Virus record (IMG/VR): IMGVR_UViG_3300023174_000001
Location: 32,001 to 96,000 of that record
Source: a virus
Length of the DNA: 64,000 bases
Strand: one strand, 5' to 3'
Shown piece by piece: positions 39,592 through 50,526 of this stretch. Below the pieces are notes generated by a model that was not told where the DNA came from, ran no database searches, and saw nothing but the letters and a program-made list of their open reading frames with translations. How positions within the stretch are numbered: position 1 is the stretch's first letter; each line of letters starts with the position of its first letter. The translations under genes were made by a program, and so were the position numbers.

Positions 39592-40333
39592 ATTACGCGA
39601 ACGCTTCATATCTAAAGCATTAGAGTATGTCGGTTATGAGACACTCAACGGCTTGGAGAATGTCTTCGGTCAACGGCTAGGTCTGAACGGCAAGCCATGG
39701 AACGGAATGTTTATTGATGTCGTCGCCGCAGAAGCGGGCGTGCGTTTACCTGTAGCACACACGGTGTCGACGGTAGCACTTGCCCATTACCTGGGTAGGG
39801 GTTTTTTCCATGTAAGACCACGGCGAGGAGATATCGTCTTCTTCCAAACATCAACGGCAAGCGAATTCGGTATGCCTCACATTGGTATCGTTCTGGACAC
39901 TAAACGGCACGCCACTGACGGTATTATACAAACCGTCGAAGCAATGACGGCAAGCGGATTGCCTAAAAAAGCACAAACACCTAACGGTGTCTATGTACGC
40001 ACCCGTCATCAAACGGAGGTCATTGGATACGCCAGACCAAAATATAAGACGGCTAGCCCTTTGACCCCAAATGAGAACGCACCAGAAGTAGTGCCCGCTC
40101 AGGTCCGAAGTGGGATAAAGCATAAGAGCGTTGTCCATGTGCAGATGGCGTTGTCTAAGGTGACCGGGATTACAGGCTTGCCAAGAGGACACTTTGACGC
40201 AAAGACCAAACTTGCTTACGCAAAGTTCCAAAGAGACATTGGTTATGTGGGCATCTCTGCGTCTGGAGACGCTGACTATAACTCCTTGAAATTACTGGGC
40301 GAACTAACGGGCTTCTTCAACGCAAAGCCATAG
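39554..40333 (+). CDS. CHAP-like domain plus peptidoglycan-binding-like protein
   Basis: PW(N)GMF, PRRGDIVFF, HIGIV, IGYARP; C-terminal KFQRDIG. Confidence 0.65.
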   Translation: MRKAKMPTPTASELRERFISKALEYVGYETLNGLENVFGQRLGLNGKPWNGMFIDVVAAEAGVRLPVAHTVSTVALAHYLGRGFFHVRPRRGDIVFFQTSTASEFGMPHIGIVLDTKRHATDGIIQTVEAMTASGLPKKAQTPNGVYVRTRHQTEVIGYARPKYKTASPLTPNENAPEVVPAQVRSGIKHKSVVHVQMALSKVTGITGLPRGHFDAKTKLAYAKFQRDIGYVGISASGDADYNSLKLLGELTGFFNAKP

Positions 40334-40746
40334 CACAGACCACTGACATTCTGTTGGCGGGAACAAATCCTTATGCTTTTCCAGGCTCAGCGGCTGAAGG
40401 CGGGAAGCCGCGACGGCGGCTGGCATGGAAATAAATCTTAATCGTTATGCGATTCTGCTTGACAAATCCCAAAAATCGCTTTAGGATATGTTCCATATCC
40501 TAAAGTAATTCCAGATATACTTGGCCCGGAACCCCAGTAAACAAGCGGGAGGCGGACCCCGGCCTAAATAAAAACATAAGACGGCAAGCCCTTATGCTAC
40601 ACATTTCAAACGGCGAGCGGGTGACTGAACGAAACAAACGGCAAGCGAAAAGACGGCAAGCCTGGGTACCCCCTTTTTCCATGCAGATGACGGCTTGCCT
40701 TCAACGGGGTATAGAATAAACACATAACGGCAAGCAACGGCAAGCC

Positions 40747-41277
40747 ATGAGCAATAGAAAGATAACGGATATGACATTTGACGAGTGGGTAAAGGTAGGG
40801 TTCGATAACGGGTGGGTTGGTGCTCCTATATGCGAGACGCATGACGGCTTGCCTACAACAGAGGCTGAAGACAAAGAGTTTGAAGAGGGTGGAGACCCTT
40901 GCATTCATATCCTGCGTCTGTACGACACTGTTGAGCAGAAATTAGAAATTGAAGAGAACCATTCGCCATCTGTGTGGCGTGCAACAAACTCTGGACTTGG
41001 CGTTTCTGATTTAGGCTAAATCTTAAAATCACAGGTTTTGTGATGTTTTATGATAAAACCTATGAGACACATAGAACTGCACACAATTGAATCCTCTAAG
41101 GATGTCGCTACTGCTAACGAGGTTGGCCTGGAAGTGGCCGGGGCGGAAACTTGCGAGGAATGTTTCCAGCAAGTTGGCGAAAGTCCACTAAGCAAGAAGT
41201 TTGTCCCCTTTGTCTTTGCCCTAGATGATGAGGCAGAGTGGGTCGTCTGCTTCGAGTGTGCGTCTCCCATCCTCTAG
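40747..41277 (+). CDS. Two small hypothetical proteins (40747-41019, 41050-41277)
   Basis: ORFs; CETHDG and CxxC pairs. Confidence 0.55.
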
Positions 41278-41290
41278 CCCCCATCTAGCA

Positions 41291-41357
41291 ACCAGGTTAC
41301 CCTTTTTTCCATGCAAGTGGATTCCATGCTGACGCATGGAAAAAGAGGGGACCTGGT
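41291..41357. repeat. CCATGC/GCATGG palindrome cassette, copy 1 (others ~45891-45943, 50037-50084, 50815-50880, 52761-52806)
   Basis: TTTTCCWTGC-N-TCCATGC-N3/4-GCATGGAAAA at five loci. Confidence 0.85.
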
Positions 41358-41419
41358 TTTTTGCTTCCTCCCGGCTTCTCATCAGAACTCCTTATGCTTT
41401 TCCGGGGGATACCCTGAAG

Positions 41420-41481
41420 ATTTCGCTCACAGCGAACAAGATAATCTTGACATCCGGGAATGAATCTGGAATGATTGAGTT
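41420..41481 (+). promoter_or_regulatory. ClgR-type box plus SigR/SigH-type promoter
   Basis: TTTCGC-N5-GCGAACA then GGAAT-N17-GTT. Confidence 0.65.
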
Positions 41482-41692
41482 ATAGATAGTATGAACCAAA
41501 TAGAAACACCAGAAAAAAAGATTTCCAAAACCGGGAATAAATCTGGGAGAAGTTTAGTTCTACTTATTACAACTGAATAAAAAGTCAAGGACACGCCAAA
41601 AAAAGTTTTTGAAATGAACTTGACAAGTGTAAGACCCTGTGCTTATACTTTCTAATACCAAATACAAATGCGTCAATTACTAAGGAGACCAA

Positions 41693-42217
41693 GTGAACGC
41701 AAAGACAGAAAAGGACTGTGCTGGCAAGGCACTTTACCTAGAGTTCCGTAAAGAGAACTACACCTACCAAATGATTGCCACTCCACCTGCGATAGATGTG
41801 AATGGCAACTTCATCCCTGCGTGTGCTATGGAGAGAAGACTCTCTTCTTATCACCCACGCAAAAACTGGAACTTTACCAGCGTTCCTGTGAACGACTCAT
41901 TCAAGATTGAGCGTGATGCTAGTGGCGATTTCTCACAGATAGATTTAACATCTGCTGGCGAGATTGGTGCTCTTCACATTCAGCGTTTGTTCGCTCGCAC
42001 CATTGACTCTCTATTCCACAGAGGTTGGACTTTGTTCAAGACACCTGTGGCAGTAGAAGTAACTTACAAGGACTTGGCAACAATCAAGTCTGGTAAGACT
42101 TCCAATGACCTTATTAGACGCATCGAGCGTTCTCGTAAGCACTTTGGATTCCCAGAAGAACTCTTCGACCAACCAGTCGTTGAGCCAACCACTGTCACAC
42201 TGACACCAGTAGTCTAA
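41693..42217 (+). CDS. Hypothetical protein
   Basis: AAGGAG RBS; upstream TTGACA...TATACT promoter. Confidence 0.65.
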   Translation: MNAKTEKDCAGKALYLEFRKENYTYQMIATPPAIDVNGNFIPACAMERRLSSYHPRKNWNFTSVPVNDSFKIERDASGDFSQIDLTSAGEIGALHIQRLFARTIDSLFHRGWTLFKTPVAVEVTYKDLATIKSGKTSNDLIRRIERSRKHFGFPEELFDQPVVEPTTVTLTPVV

Positions 42218-42233
42218 GAATAGGAGACCAATT

Positions 42234-43271
42234 ATGACTACAATCAACCCAACACAAACACCAACCCAGCAAGCAGTTGCTTGGACACGAGACCAAGTTA
42301 GATTGCACCCTAATCTGCCAGAACTACTAAACGCAGTCGTGGGTCAAACTCTAAACTCGGTTTCTGCATCTGACCTTAACCTTGTATTTGACGAGACAAC
42401 TGGTAAAGCAGTTATTCGTAATCGTGATGCAAATCCAGTTAGGAAAATTATGAACGCAGTCGATGCTCTCGCTGGCGAAAGTTTTTACCTGCGACCAAAT
42501 GGTCACAAGTATTACACTCGCTCGTGGGGTCAGCACACTGATGTTGAAGTTGTTCGCAACCAAAGAGCCAGTGAGCGTGGAAAATCAATCCTGCTCTATG
42601 GTGCTCCGGGAACTGGCAAGACTGCTATGTTCGAGGGTGCGTTTGGTGACGACCTAATCACAGTTCTTGGAACTGGCGACACCGAAGTTGGCGACCTAGT
42701 TGGTGGCTATGTTCAAACTGTTGCTGGTGGATTCGAGTGGATTGATGGGCCGCTGGTTCAAGCAGCAGAGCAAGGTAAAGTTTTGCTCATTGACGAGATT
42801 GGTCTAATCGACCCTAAGGTCTTGTCTGTTGTTTATGGACTTATGGATGGTCGTAAAGAACTCAAAGTAACTGCCAACCCTGAACGAGCAATCGTTAAGG
42901 CACAGCCGGGATTCTTTGTGGTTGCTGCGACTAACCCAAATGCTCCGGGAGTAAATCTTTCAGAGGCACTTCTATCTCGCTTTGGTATTCAAGCAGAAAT
43001 GACAACTGACTGGTCGCTTGCTCGTAAGTTAGGCGTTCCAGCACAAGCAGTAACTTGTGCACAGAACCTGTTCAAAAAGCAACAGTCTGACGAGGTCAAC
43101 TGGTCTCCACAGATGCGTGAACTTTTGGACTTCCGTGACATCGCAGAAGACTTGGGAACTGAATGGGCTGTAAGCAATCTAATTGCTCAAGCACCATTCG
43201 AGGACAGAGCGATTGTCGCAGATGTATTTACTCGTGTCTTTGGCACAGAGTTCAAGCCAGCCAAAATCTAG
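42234..43271 (+). CDS. MoxR/CbbQ-type AAA+ ATPase
   Basis: GAPGTGKT, WIDGPL, LLIDEI, ATNP, ALLSRF. Confidence 0.88.
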   Translation: MTTINPTQTPTQQAVAWTRDQVRLHPNLPELLNAVVGQTLNSVSASDLNLVFDETTGKAVIRNRDANPVRKIMNAVDALAGESFYLRPNGHKYYTRSWGQHTDVEVVRNQRASERGKSILLYGAPGTGKTAMFEGAFGDDLITVLGTGDTEVGDLVGGYVQTVAGGFEWIDGPLVQAAEQGKVLLIDEIGLIDPKVLSVVYGLMDGRKELKVTANPERAIVKAQPGFFVVAATNPNAPGVNLSEALLSRFGIQAEMTTDWSLARKLGVPAQAVTCAQNLFKKQQSDEVNWSPQMRELLDFRDIAEDLGTEWAVSNLIAQAPFEDRAIVADVFTRVFGTEFKPAKI

Positions 43272-43425
43272 GTCTCCCAAACAGAGATTTTGGCTAAAGG
43301 GGGGGAGTGGGTCGACAAAATCCCCACTCCCTCTACCCCAAAAAAAGTTTTGAAAAATAGGGAATAATACTTGACTAATGTCAGTTATAACTTATACAAT
43401 GTAGTTATTACACGAAAGGACTCAA

Positions 43426-45294
43426 ATGAGCCACTACAAATTAGATACTAAGCCAGTAGGTCGCACGCACTATGACTGGCTAGGCGTTGGTGCTAGCGTT
43501 GGAAAACTGGTCAACCAGTGGTCGCTACGCAACGACCTAGTTGTTGGTCTGGTCGAAGAGACCACCATTGGTGCACCTGCTTGTTTCAACCCTGCTAGTG
43601 CCGAGATTGAAGTTTGCATCAGCAAAGCATTTGGCAATGGAACTACTGCCAAAGAAGTTGGCGAACTAACTCAACGCAAGAACCAACTAAAGCACGCTGT
43701 TGCGACTGGTGCGATTTATCACGAGGCACTTCACGCTCGTGTTTCACGCTGGTCATTAGAGCAAGCATCCAAAGACCTAACTGCGAGAGAGTGGCGTTTC
43801 CTAAACTCTATGGAAGAGTCTCGTATCGAGTTCTGGGGTTGCAAGTATGTTCCACAGAACAGAACCCTACTTCGTGCTTGTGCGATTGAGATTGTCATTG
43901 GCGACTTGGAATCACACATTGAAAATGTTTCTAAGGTTGATGCCGCTGCGAACCTTGCGTTGCTAACTTTGGCTCGTGTTGATGCTGGCGTTCTAGACGA
44001 GAGAGACATTGTTGACTCTGTTCAGAAAATCCTTACCGAAGTTTTGAGCGAAGAAGTTATTTCTAAGTTGCGTGCTATCTGGAAAGATTTCCAGAACCAC
44101 CAAGACCACGCTAACGCTCTTCCACTTTACGACCTAACTCGTGAGTTCCTAAAAGTTCTAGACGAGCGTAAAGAAGAGACTGGCGAAGAAGAGGGTCAAG
44201 AACCAGAGGGCGAATGTGGCAAGCCGGGTGGAGAGCCGGGCACTGGAACTGGTAAGGGCGAACCTACACCAGAACAGATTAAAGAGTTCAAGGACTTTAT
44301 CGAAAAGGTCAAGGATGCTATCCAAGACATCAAAGAGCAGGTTCAGATTGCTAACCAGACTGAACTAGACGATGAACTCGATGCAGAAGAACGCAAAGAA
44401 GAAGTCGAGGCTCGTGAGCAAAAAGCAAACCAGCAGAAAGAAAACAAGAAAGAATCTAAAAAGGTTTTTGACAACACCTCAACTGATTCTCACATCACCA
44501 CTGCTGGAACTAAATCACGCTTAGTTGAATCTCGTAATCCAACTGGCGATGAAGTTGCTAGTGCTAATCGAATTGCTAACGCTCTGCGTAAAGCAAAGTA
44601 TCGTGAGCGTTCACAGACTCGCATTGGTAGTGTTGTTCCACCGGGTCGCTTGCGTTCTCGTGCTGTCGTTCAAGGTCAAGCACAAAAGGCTCGTGGTATC
44701 TTCACACCAGTCGAGGCTTGGAGAACTACTAAGCGTAAGACCACAGAAGACCCTACGCTGAATGTTGGCATTATGGTTGACATCTCTGGCTCTATGCGAC
44801 CAGCAATGACACCAATGGCTATTACTGCTTGGGTTATGTCAGAGGCTGTTCACAGAGTTCAGGGCAAGTCAGCAATGGTCTACTATGGTCAGGATGTATT
44901 CGCACCACTTAAGCCGGGACAGCGTTTGACTAAGGTCAACACTTTCACAGCACCAGACTCTACCGAAGAGTTTGATAGAGCGTTCAAGGCTCTAGACGGT
45001 GGCTTGGGTATCACTCACGCTGACGGTGCTAAGTTGCTTGTGATTGTTTCTGACGGTCATTACCGACCTGACCAGAAAGCAAAAGCACGCAAGATGCTGA
45101 AAGAGGCTGACCGTAATGGCGTGGCTATTCTGTGGTTGACCTTTGACGGTAAAGTTGCTGAACCGACTGAACTGTTGAGCGGAACTGCTGGCAAGGTTGT
45201 ATCACTGGCGAGCAACGAATCACCGACCAGAGCATCACAGGTTATCGGTGAGACCGCAGCCAAAGTTCTGTCGGCTATCGGTTCAAGGGTCTAA
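43426..45294 (+). CDS. VWA-domain protein (CobT-like) with N-terminal HExxH
   Basis: HEALH, EESRIE, acidic linker, MIDAS DISGS, VSDG. Confidence 0.85.
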   Translation: MSHYKLDTKPVGRTHYDWLGVGASVGKLVNQWSLRNDLVVGLVEETTIGAPACFNPASAEIEVCISKAFGNGTTAKEVGELTQRKNQLKHAVATGAIYHEALHARVSRWSLEQASKDLTAREWRFLNSMEESRIEFWGCKYVPQNRTLLRACAIEIVIGDLESHIENVSKVDAAANLALLTLARVDAGVLDERDIVDSVQKILTEVLSEEVISKLRAIWKDFQNHQDHANALPLYDLTREFLKVLDERKEETGEEEGQEPEGECGKPGGEPGTGTGKGEPTPEQIKEFKDFIEKVKDAIQDIKEQVQIANQTELDDELDAEERKEEVEAREQKANQQKENKKESKKVFDNTSTDSHITTAGTKSRLVESRNPTGDEVASANRIANALRKAKYRERSQTRIGSVVPPGRLRSRAVVQGQAQKARGIFTPVEAWRTTKRKTTEDPTLNVGIMVDISGSMRPAMTPMAITAWVMSEAVHRVQGKSAMVYYGQDVFAPLKPGQRLTKVNTFTAPDSTEEFDRAFKALDGGLGITHADGAKLLVIVSDGHYRPDQKAKARKMLKEADRNGVAILWLTFDGKVAEPTELLSGTAGKVVSLASNESPTRASQVIGETAAKVLSAIGSRV

Positions 45295-45396
45295 CGGCTC
45301 GTGTAGGGGTCGGCTTGCTAAACGGCAAGCCTATCCCTATAATAAATAACGGCAAGCCTAACGGCTCGCCTAAACGACAAAGAGACGGCAAGCGTA

Positions 45397-45837
45397 ATGG
45401 CGTGCCAGATAAGGAGACTCACGGTGGGTCAGTATCACATTTTAGTAAACATAGATAAGCAGGAGTGGGTAGACCCTCACGGCTTAGGTCTAGGCTCAAA
45501 GCAATGGGAGAGTCAGGTTGGTTGCGAGGGTTCGCTATCAGACGCTATGTATGTCCTCACAATGACAAGCCCGGATAGTGGTGGTGGAGATTTACCACGC
45601 ACAGACATTTCAGGTCGCTGGTGTGGAGATAGGGTTTTGATTGTAGGAGACTACACAGGGGCAGATGCAGTTCCAGGATTTACTGGGGCTGACGCTATCT
45701 ACCAACTGGCTACGCAAAGTCCTGATTACAAGAACATAACTGGCGAAGTTCGTGAGGCGTTCTCCAAAATCTTCGAGATTGCTTATGTCCAAGAGAACAT
45801 TGGCAGTCATACATTCTGGAAGAGAACTCTGGTCTAG
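45397..45837 (+). CDS. Hypothetical protein
   Basis: GQYH..VN.DK.E, GRW.GDR...GDY; true start probably GTG near 45424. Confidence 0.6.
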   Translation: MACQIRRLTVGQYHILVNIDKQEWVDPHGLGLGSKQWESQVGCEGSLSDAMYVLTMTSPDSGGGDLPRTDISGRWCGDRVLIVGDYTGADAVPGFTGADAIYQLATQSPDYKNITGEVREAFSKIFEIAYVQENIGSHTFWKRTLV

Positions 45838-45997
45838 CCTCTAAATAAAATAATCCCCTGCGAGTCAGGGGATTTTTTATGCTCGAAAAATAGGGTGTCC
45901 ACTTTTTCCATGCAAGATGGTTTCCATGCTTCGCATGGAAAAACACAAGACCCTAGTGCTTCTTATGCTTTTTCTTCTCCCTCTGGGCTCATCTTCC

Positions 45998-46059
45998 TGT
46001 TCGCTAGGGGCGAACAAGAAACATTGACAATCAGGAATGAAATGCCATACGCTTAGGTT
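45998..46059 (+). promoter_or_regulatory. Perfect ClgR-type palindrome plus promoter
   Basis: TGTTCGC-TAGGG-GCGAACA; TTGACA at 46024; GGAAT-N18-GTT at 46034. Confidence 0.7.
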
Positions 46060-46071
46060 ATAGTTAGAGTA

Positions 46072-46377
46072 ATGACAAAACGATTGGAGACCAAAATGGA
46101 ATACTCAACCCTTTTCCCAACAGTAGTTCTAGTTGCTCGCTCTCAGGGCGAGCGTGGGCAGTATGGTGGCAGAAAGGCATACAAGATTTATGTAAGCAAG
46201 TTTTCAGATAATCGCTGGTGCGTGTTTATGTCTTGGGGCAAAGAAGAAATGCCTAACTCTTGGATGGGCAGTGAAAAGATTTTTGCCACAGAGCAGAGAG
46301 CAGTTCAGTTTGCTTGGGACAAGTTCTACGAGAAGATTGACAAAGGCTACACAGAACGAGTTTTTGAAACTAATTAA
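46072..46377 (+). CDS. WGR-domain-like protein
   Basis: K.Y.I, SWGK, EKIDKGY. Confidence 0.6.
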   Translation: MTKRLETKMEYSTLFPTVVLVARSQGERGQYGGRKAYKIYVSKFSDNRWCVFMSWGKEEMPNSWMGSEKIFATEQRAVQFAWDKFYEKIDKGYTERVFETN

Positions 46378-46457
46378 AAATAAACTTGACATTTGGGAAT
46401 AAATCCTGAATAATCTAGTTATAGTTATTATAGAAGTTCTTTTGAAAGGAGAACAGA

Positions 46458-48613
46458 ATGGCTGAACGATTCACCACTCAGGTAATAAAGGTAAGCACAG
46501 ACGCAGACTACGCTATGTGGATTGCCGAAGATGGCTCTTATGGAATGTCCGACATACTCGTATTTAGAGAAGAAGACTTGGAAGACGAGCACTGGGAGAT
46601 TTTCAATGAACTCGGAGACAACGAGAGATTTGAGTTCGTCAAAGCAGTAATAAACAAAGAAGACCTATCACAATGGAAAGAGCAGGTATAAAAATGAACG
46701 AAGAGTTCAAGTGCCCTACTTGTAGTGGCTACATCCCTAACAACGATAACATTGGTGCTTACGCTGGTGCTATCTCTCGCAAAGACAACAAGACTGAAAT
46801 CTGTTCCGCTTGTGGAATGGATGAGGCTCTTGCTGACTTCAAGCAACATCTCAGAAAAGAATCTGGTATCGCTTGGCAGTCAACTGTTTTGGAAGAAATG
46901 GTTGAGCACCTAGACGACAACGAGATTTCATTACTCGTCAACGCTCTAAATGACGCAGTTGCCGAAATCTGTGAGTCATACGACATCAAGTAAAAACTTA
47001 GGCGTGTTGGGCTTGACAAATGTCAGCCCAGCACCCTATACTAAATAAGTAATAATAAAAGTTCTCTTGAAAGGAGACCTGCCAAATGGCAAACTACTAC
47101 GAATCAGCACGCACCAACTACTTCTTGGTTAAGGACATTGACGCGTTCAAGAAAGAACTTGAAATGGTCAAGTCTCTTGAAGTGTGTGTCGAACACAAGA
47201 ACCTGAAAGATTATGTCTGCTTGCTCGGTGACAGCGAGGGTGGATTTGCTTTCGACTACTATGACGACAGCCTAGAAGATTACATTGAAATCGACTGGGA
47301 GGGTATTTTCAAAAAGCACCTACAAGATGATTCAGTAGCAATCATTATGGGTGCTGGTTCAGAGAAACTCCGTTACATTCGTGGCTACGCCTATGCGTTC
47401 AACAACAAGGGTGAGACCAAGTTCCTCAGCCTAGACGACATCTACGAAATGGCTAAGCCTCTTGGCTCAGACATTCAGAAAGCAGAATACTAAAATGGAA
47501 ACTAAAATCACTAAGCACACTTTCTATCCAGATGGAGAGAATGGCAACATCCCTGATGTTGAGTTAGTCAGCGTTCTAGGAGACGACAGAGACATGAGTG
47601 CTCACTTCCTATGGCGTGGCACTAAGCAATGGCTCGCTATGAGCAAGGACAACCCTTATGGCGATAACCAATGGCTAGTAGTCGAGACTGACTACTCCGA
47701 AGAGTTCCAAGAGTGGCTTGACGAAGAGTTGAGTGGCTATGACAGTTTGGAAACTATGTTTGGCACGATAGATTTTCTGCCTAACGAGTCCTACCTATTT
47801 ATTGTAGAAAGAGCAGGTGTCTAATGACACAGGTAAGCAAAGCAATCGAGTATCTATCTAAGTTAGACCCTAACGAAGAAATAGCGTTTACTGGTTATTG
47901 GGTGAAGAGTGATGTTGAGGAAAACAACAACATCAAACTTACTGACGAACAGTGGGAGACGATTTGTTGGAAACACGAAGACAACATTGAAGTCCACATT
48001 GACGAAATAGTCGAGTTGGTTTTATCACAGGAGGAAACAAATGAGTAAGCAAGTTTATTTCGTAGTTTATTACGACACCGAAGATAAGCAACTTTACCAA
48101 GACACTGGGACTTTATTGGCTCGTTTTGGTGAGGGCTCTATCTGGGACAGCGAAGAAGAAGAGTGGAATCATGAAACAGAAATCTCTGTCTTAGCAGAGG
48201 CTCAGAACGCAATGGACACTGTAATCAGTAATACAGCAGTCTAAGCATTGACAGCGAGAGCCACTTACCCTATACTTGTAGGGTAGGTGGCAATCGCCAT
48301 TTCAAAAAAGAAGTAAAATGATTTAGAAAAGAAAGTTGGTAACTTTATGAAAAAGTTCACAGTAATCGCAGAAATAAACTTCGAGGTTTATGACACTGAC
48401 GAGTTTTCGGCTGAGCGTCAAGGGCGTATTGCCCTAGCACGATTCGTTGGAGACCCTGATGCAAATGGCTACAAAGACGAATACGCAGACTTGCCTACTC
48501 CGTCTATCCATCCAATCAGAGTTAGAGTCGCAGACGAGAATGGAAAGTTCTTGGCTGGCTGGAATCCAGCAGACTTAGACGAGGCTGAACCGAAAGAAAA
48601 AGACGCAGAGTAA
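46458..48613 (+). CDS. Cluster of small acidic hypothetical proteins (46458-46691, 46673-46993, 47086-47493, 47462-47824, 47824-48048, 48041-48244, 48347-48613)
   Basis: Co-oriented ORFs, several with GAAAGGAGA RBS or coupled stops. Confidence 0.6.
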
Positions 48614-48642
48614 TCTGCCCCGAATAGAAAGACAAAAAGACA

Positions 48643-48927
48643 ATGAACCTAGCACAAGCACTCGGTCACACGATTAGAAAAAATCGTCTTGCCAATGGTA
48701 TGACACTCAGAGACCTGAGCGTAAAGTCAAACACTTCACTTGGCTATCTATCTGAGATTGAAAGAGGAACGAAAGAAGTTTCTTCCACAGTCTTGGAGAG
48801 TATTGCTAAGGGATTGGGAACACCTCTCTACACGATTGTCTCAGGCTCGGCTTTGGAGATGATGTATTCATCTACCGAAATCATTGACGAACCCAGCAGA
48901 CACATGGAAAACCTAGTAACCCTATAA
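48643..48927 (+). CDS. clgR: ClgR-like XRE transcriptional regulator
   Basis: TLRDLS...SLGYLSEIERGTKEVSS..L.SI matches the ClgR-type signature SLGYLSE(V/I)ERG.KE.SS. Confidence 0.72.
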   Translation: MNLAQALGHTIRKNRLANGMTLRDLSVKSNTSLGYLSEIERGTKEVSSTVLESIAKGLGTPLYTIVSGSALEMMYSSTEIIDEPSRHMENLVTL

Positions 48928-49179
48928 AAAGCATAAGAAAGACAAAGATGAATACTTTAATGATGTTGTCAAACGAATCGACTGTTGATGTGAACCTACT
49001 CGCTGAGAGTCAGGAACTATTCGACCTAATCAAAAAGAACACCCCTTACAACGAACTTTTGGAGTGGGTGAACGAGAACTTCTAGTTCTCTGTGGGCGAA
49101 CAAAAAAGTTTGGCATTTCGGAATAAAATGTCGTTGTATCGTGTTATAGTTTATGTAGCAAGAAAAACGAAAGTTCCGA

Positions 49180-49560
49180 TTGCTACCTCAGACCAAAAGG
49201 CTCTGGGAAATACATAAAGACGAAGGATGTGGCAAAGTGGCAAAAACACTTACCCCAACTGTAAAAGGCAAGTCAGTCGAACTAGGCTGGTCTGCCGAAG
49301 TTAGACAAGCGTTAGAGAAGTATCGTAACGCCCTAGAAGCGAAGAAGGAAGCAGACAAGGCTAAGGCTGAGGCTGAGGTCATTCTTCGTGAGCAACTCGG
49401 TGACGCTGAGTTCGCTACCATTGGTGGCTCAAAGGCATTCAAGATGTCTCAGGTCATTATGGAAAGAGTGGACAACGCAAAGTTGTTAGCCGAGTTCCCA
49501 GCAGTTCACGCAGAAGTTCTGGTTGACGGTTCTTACGAGTTCATCAAGACCGTAAACTAG
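49180..49560 (+). CDS. Hypothetical protein
   Basis: ORF; start probably a later GTG. Confidence 0.55.
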   Translation: MLPQTKRLWEIHKDEGCGKVAKTLTPTVKGKSVELGWSAEVRQALEKYRNALEAKKEADKAKAEAEVILREQLGDAEFATIGGSKAFKMSQVIMERVDNAKLLAEFPAVHAEVLVDGSYEFIKTVN

Positions 49561-50295
49561 AAACGGCTTGGCTAGCCGTATCACCTGATACCTTAGTGCC
49601 TAAGATACACGGCTAGTCAAAACGGCAAGCCCCTTAACCGATAACGGTTAGGGGGTTTTGCTTTACCCTAACGGCTAGCCCTGCACGGATAAGACGGCAA
49701 GCACAAACGGCAAGCCCCTATACGCAATGACGGCAAGCCTTATGCGTTCTTATGTAATAAGCCCCCGCAGAAGCCAACGGGTCGTCTTTTTTACGCTCTA
49801 TGTATAGACGCACACAAAAACCTGACGGGTCGTGTTTTTAAGAAACAGAAGCAGAGGAGAAGCAGAAGCCAGATGACTGATGACACATGGGGGAAAAGCA
49901 TAAGACCTTATGAAATAAAGCCAGATGGAAGCGAAGATGGAAGGGAGATGGAAGCGAAGGGGGAGAAGTAAAAGCATAAGAAAGCAAAGAACCAAGCAGA
50001 TGAGATAGAAGACGCAAAAAAATGTGGGTGTAAAGATTTTCCTTGCGAGCCTCAGATTTTTTGTCCATGCCTCGCATGGAAAAACAAGGGACTTGACTTT
50101 TTTTGGATTTTGTTTTTTTTGTTTTCTTTTTTTTATTTTGGATTTGGATTTGGATTTTTATTTCTCTTATGTTTTTAATCTTGATTTGTTCCCAGTTATC
50201 GTGTTCGCCCTGAGCAAACAAAAAAGATTGGCACTAGGGAATAAAAACCTTGCTTATCGTGTTATCTTATGTATAGGCACTAAGGAGGTGATTTT

Positions 50296-50451
50296 ATGAA
50301 GTGTAAAGTTTGGTTAGTCGTCAAGTATGACAACTCTATTCCTGCGACCTGCGTGGAGTTTGAGTGGGCAGATTTGGCTGTTGCGACTGCTTTTGTTCAA
50401 TGGTTCAACCTGAACAATAGCGACAGACACGCCTCAATAGAGGCAGAGTAG
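50296..50451 (+). CDS. 51-aa protein (not in ORF track)
   Basis: AAGGAGGTGA RBS; MKCKVWLVVKYD... Confidence 0.6.
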   Translation: MKCKVWLVVKYDNSIPATCVEFEWADLAVATAFVQWFNLNNSDRHASIEAE

Positions 50452-50526
50452 TCCTGAGACCTGAGCAAGTCCTAAAAAGGCTCACACACACATTTCCTGG
50501 GTCCAGGAAACTACATAGGAGACAAA

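Noticed and set aside
49798-50299. ORFs rich in Phe/Lys on both strands
   Set aside because: By-products of low-complexity purine/pyrimidine tracts, with no RBS
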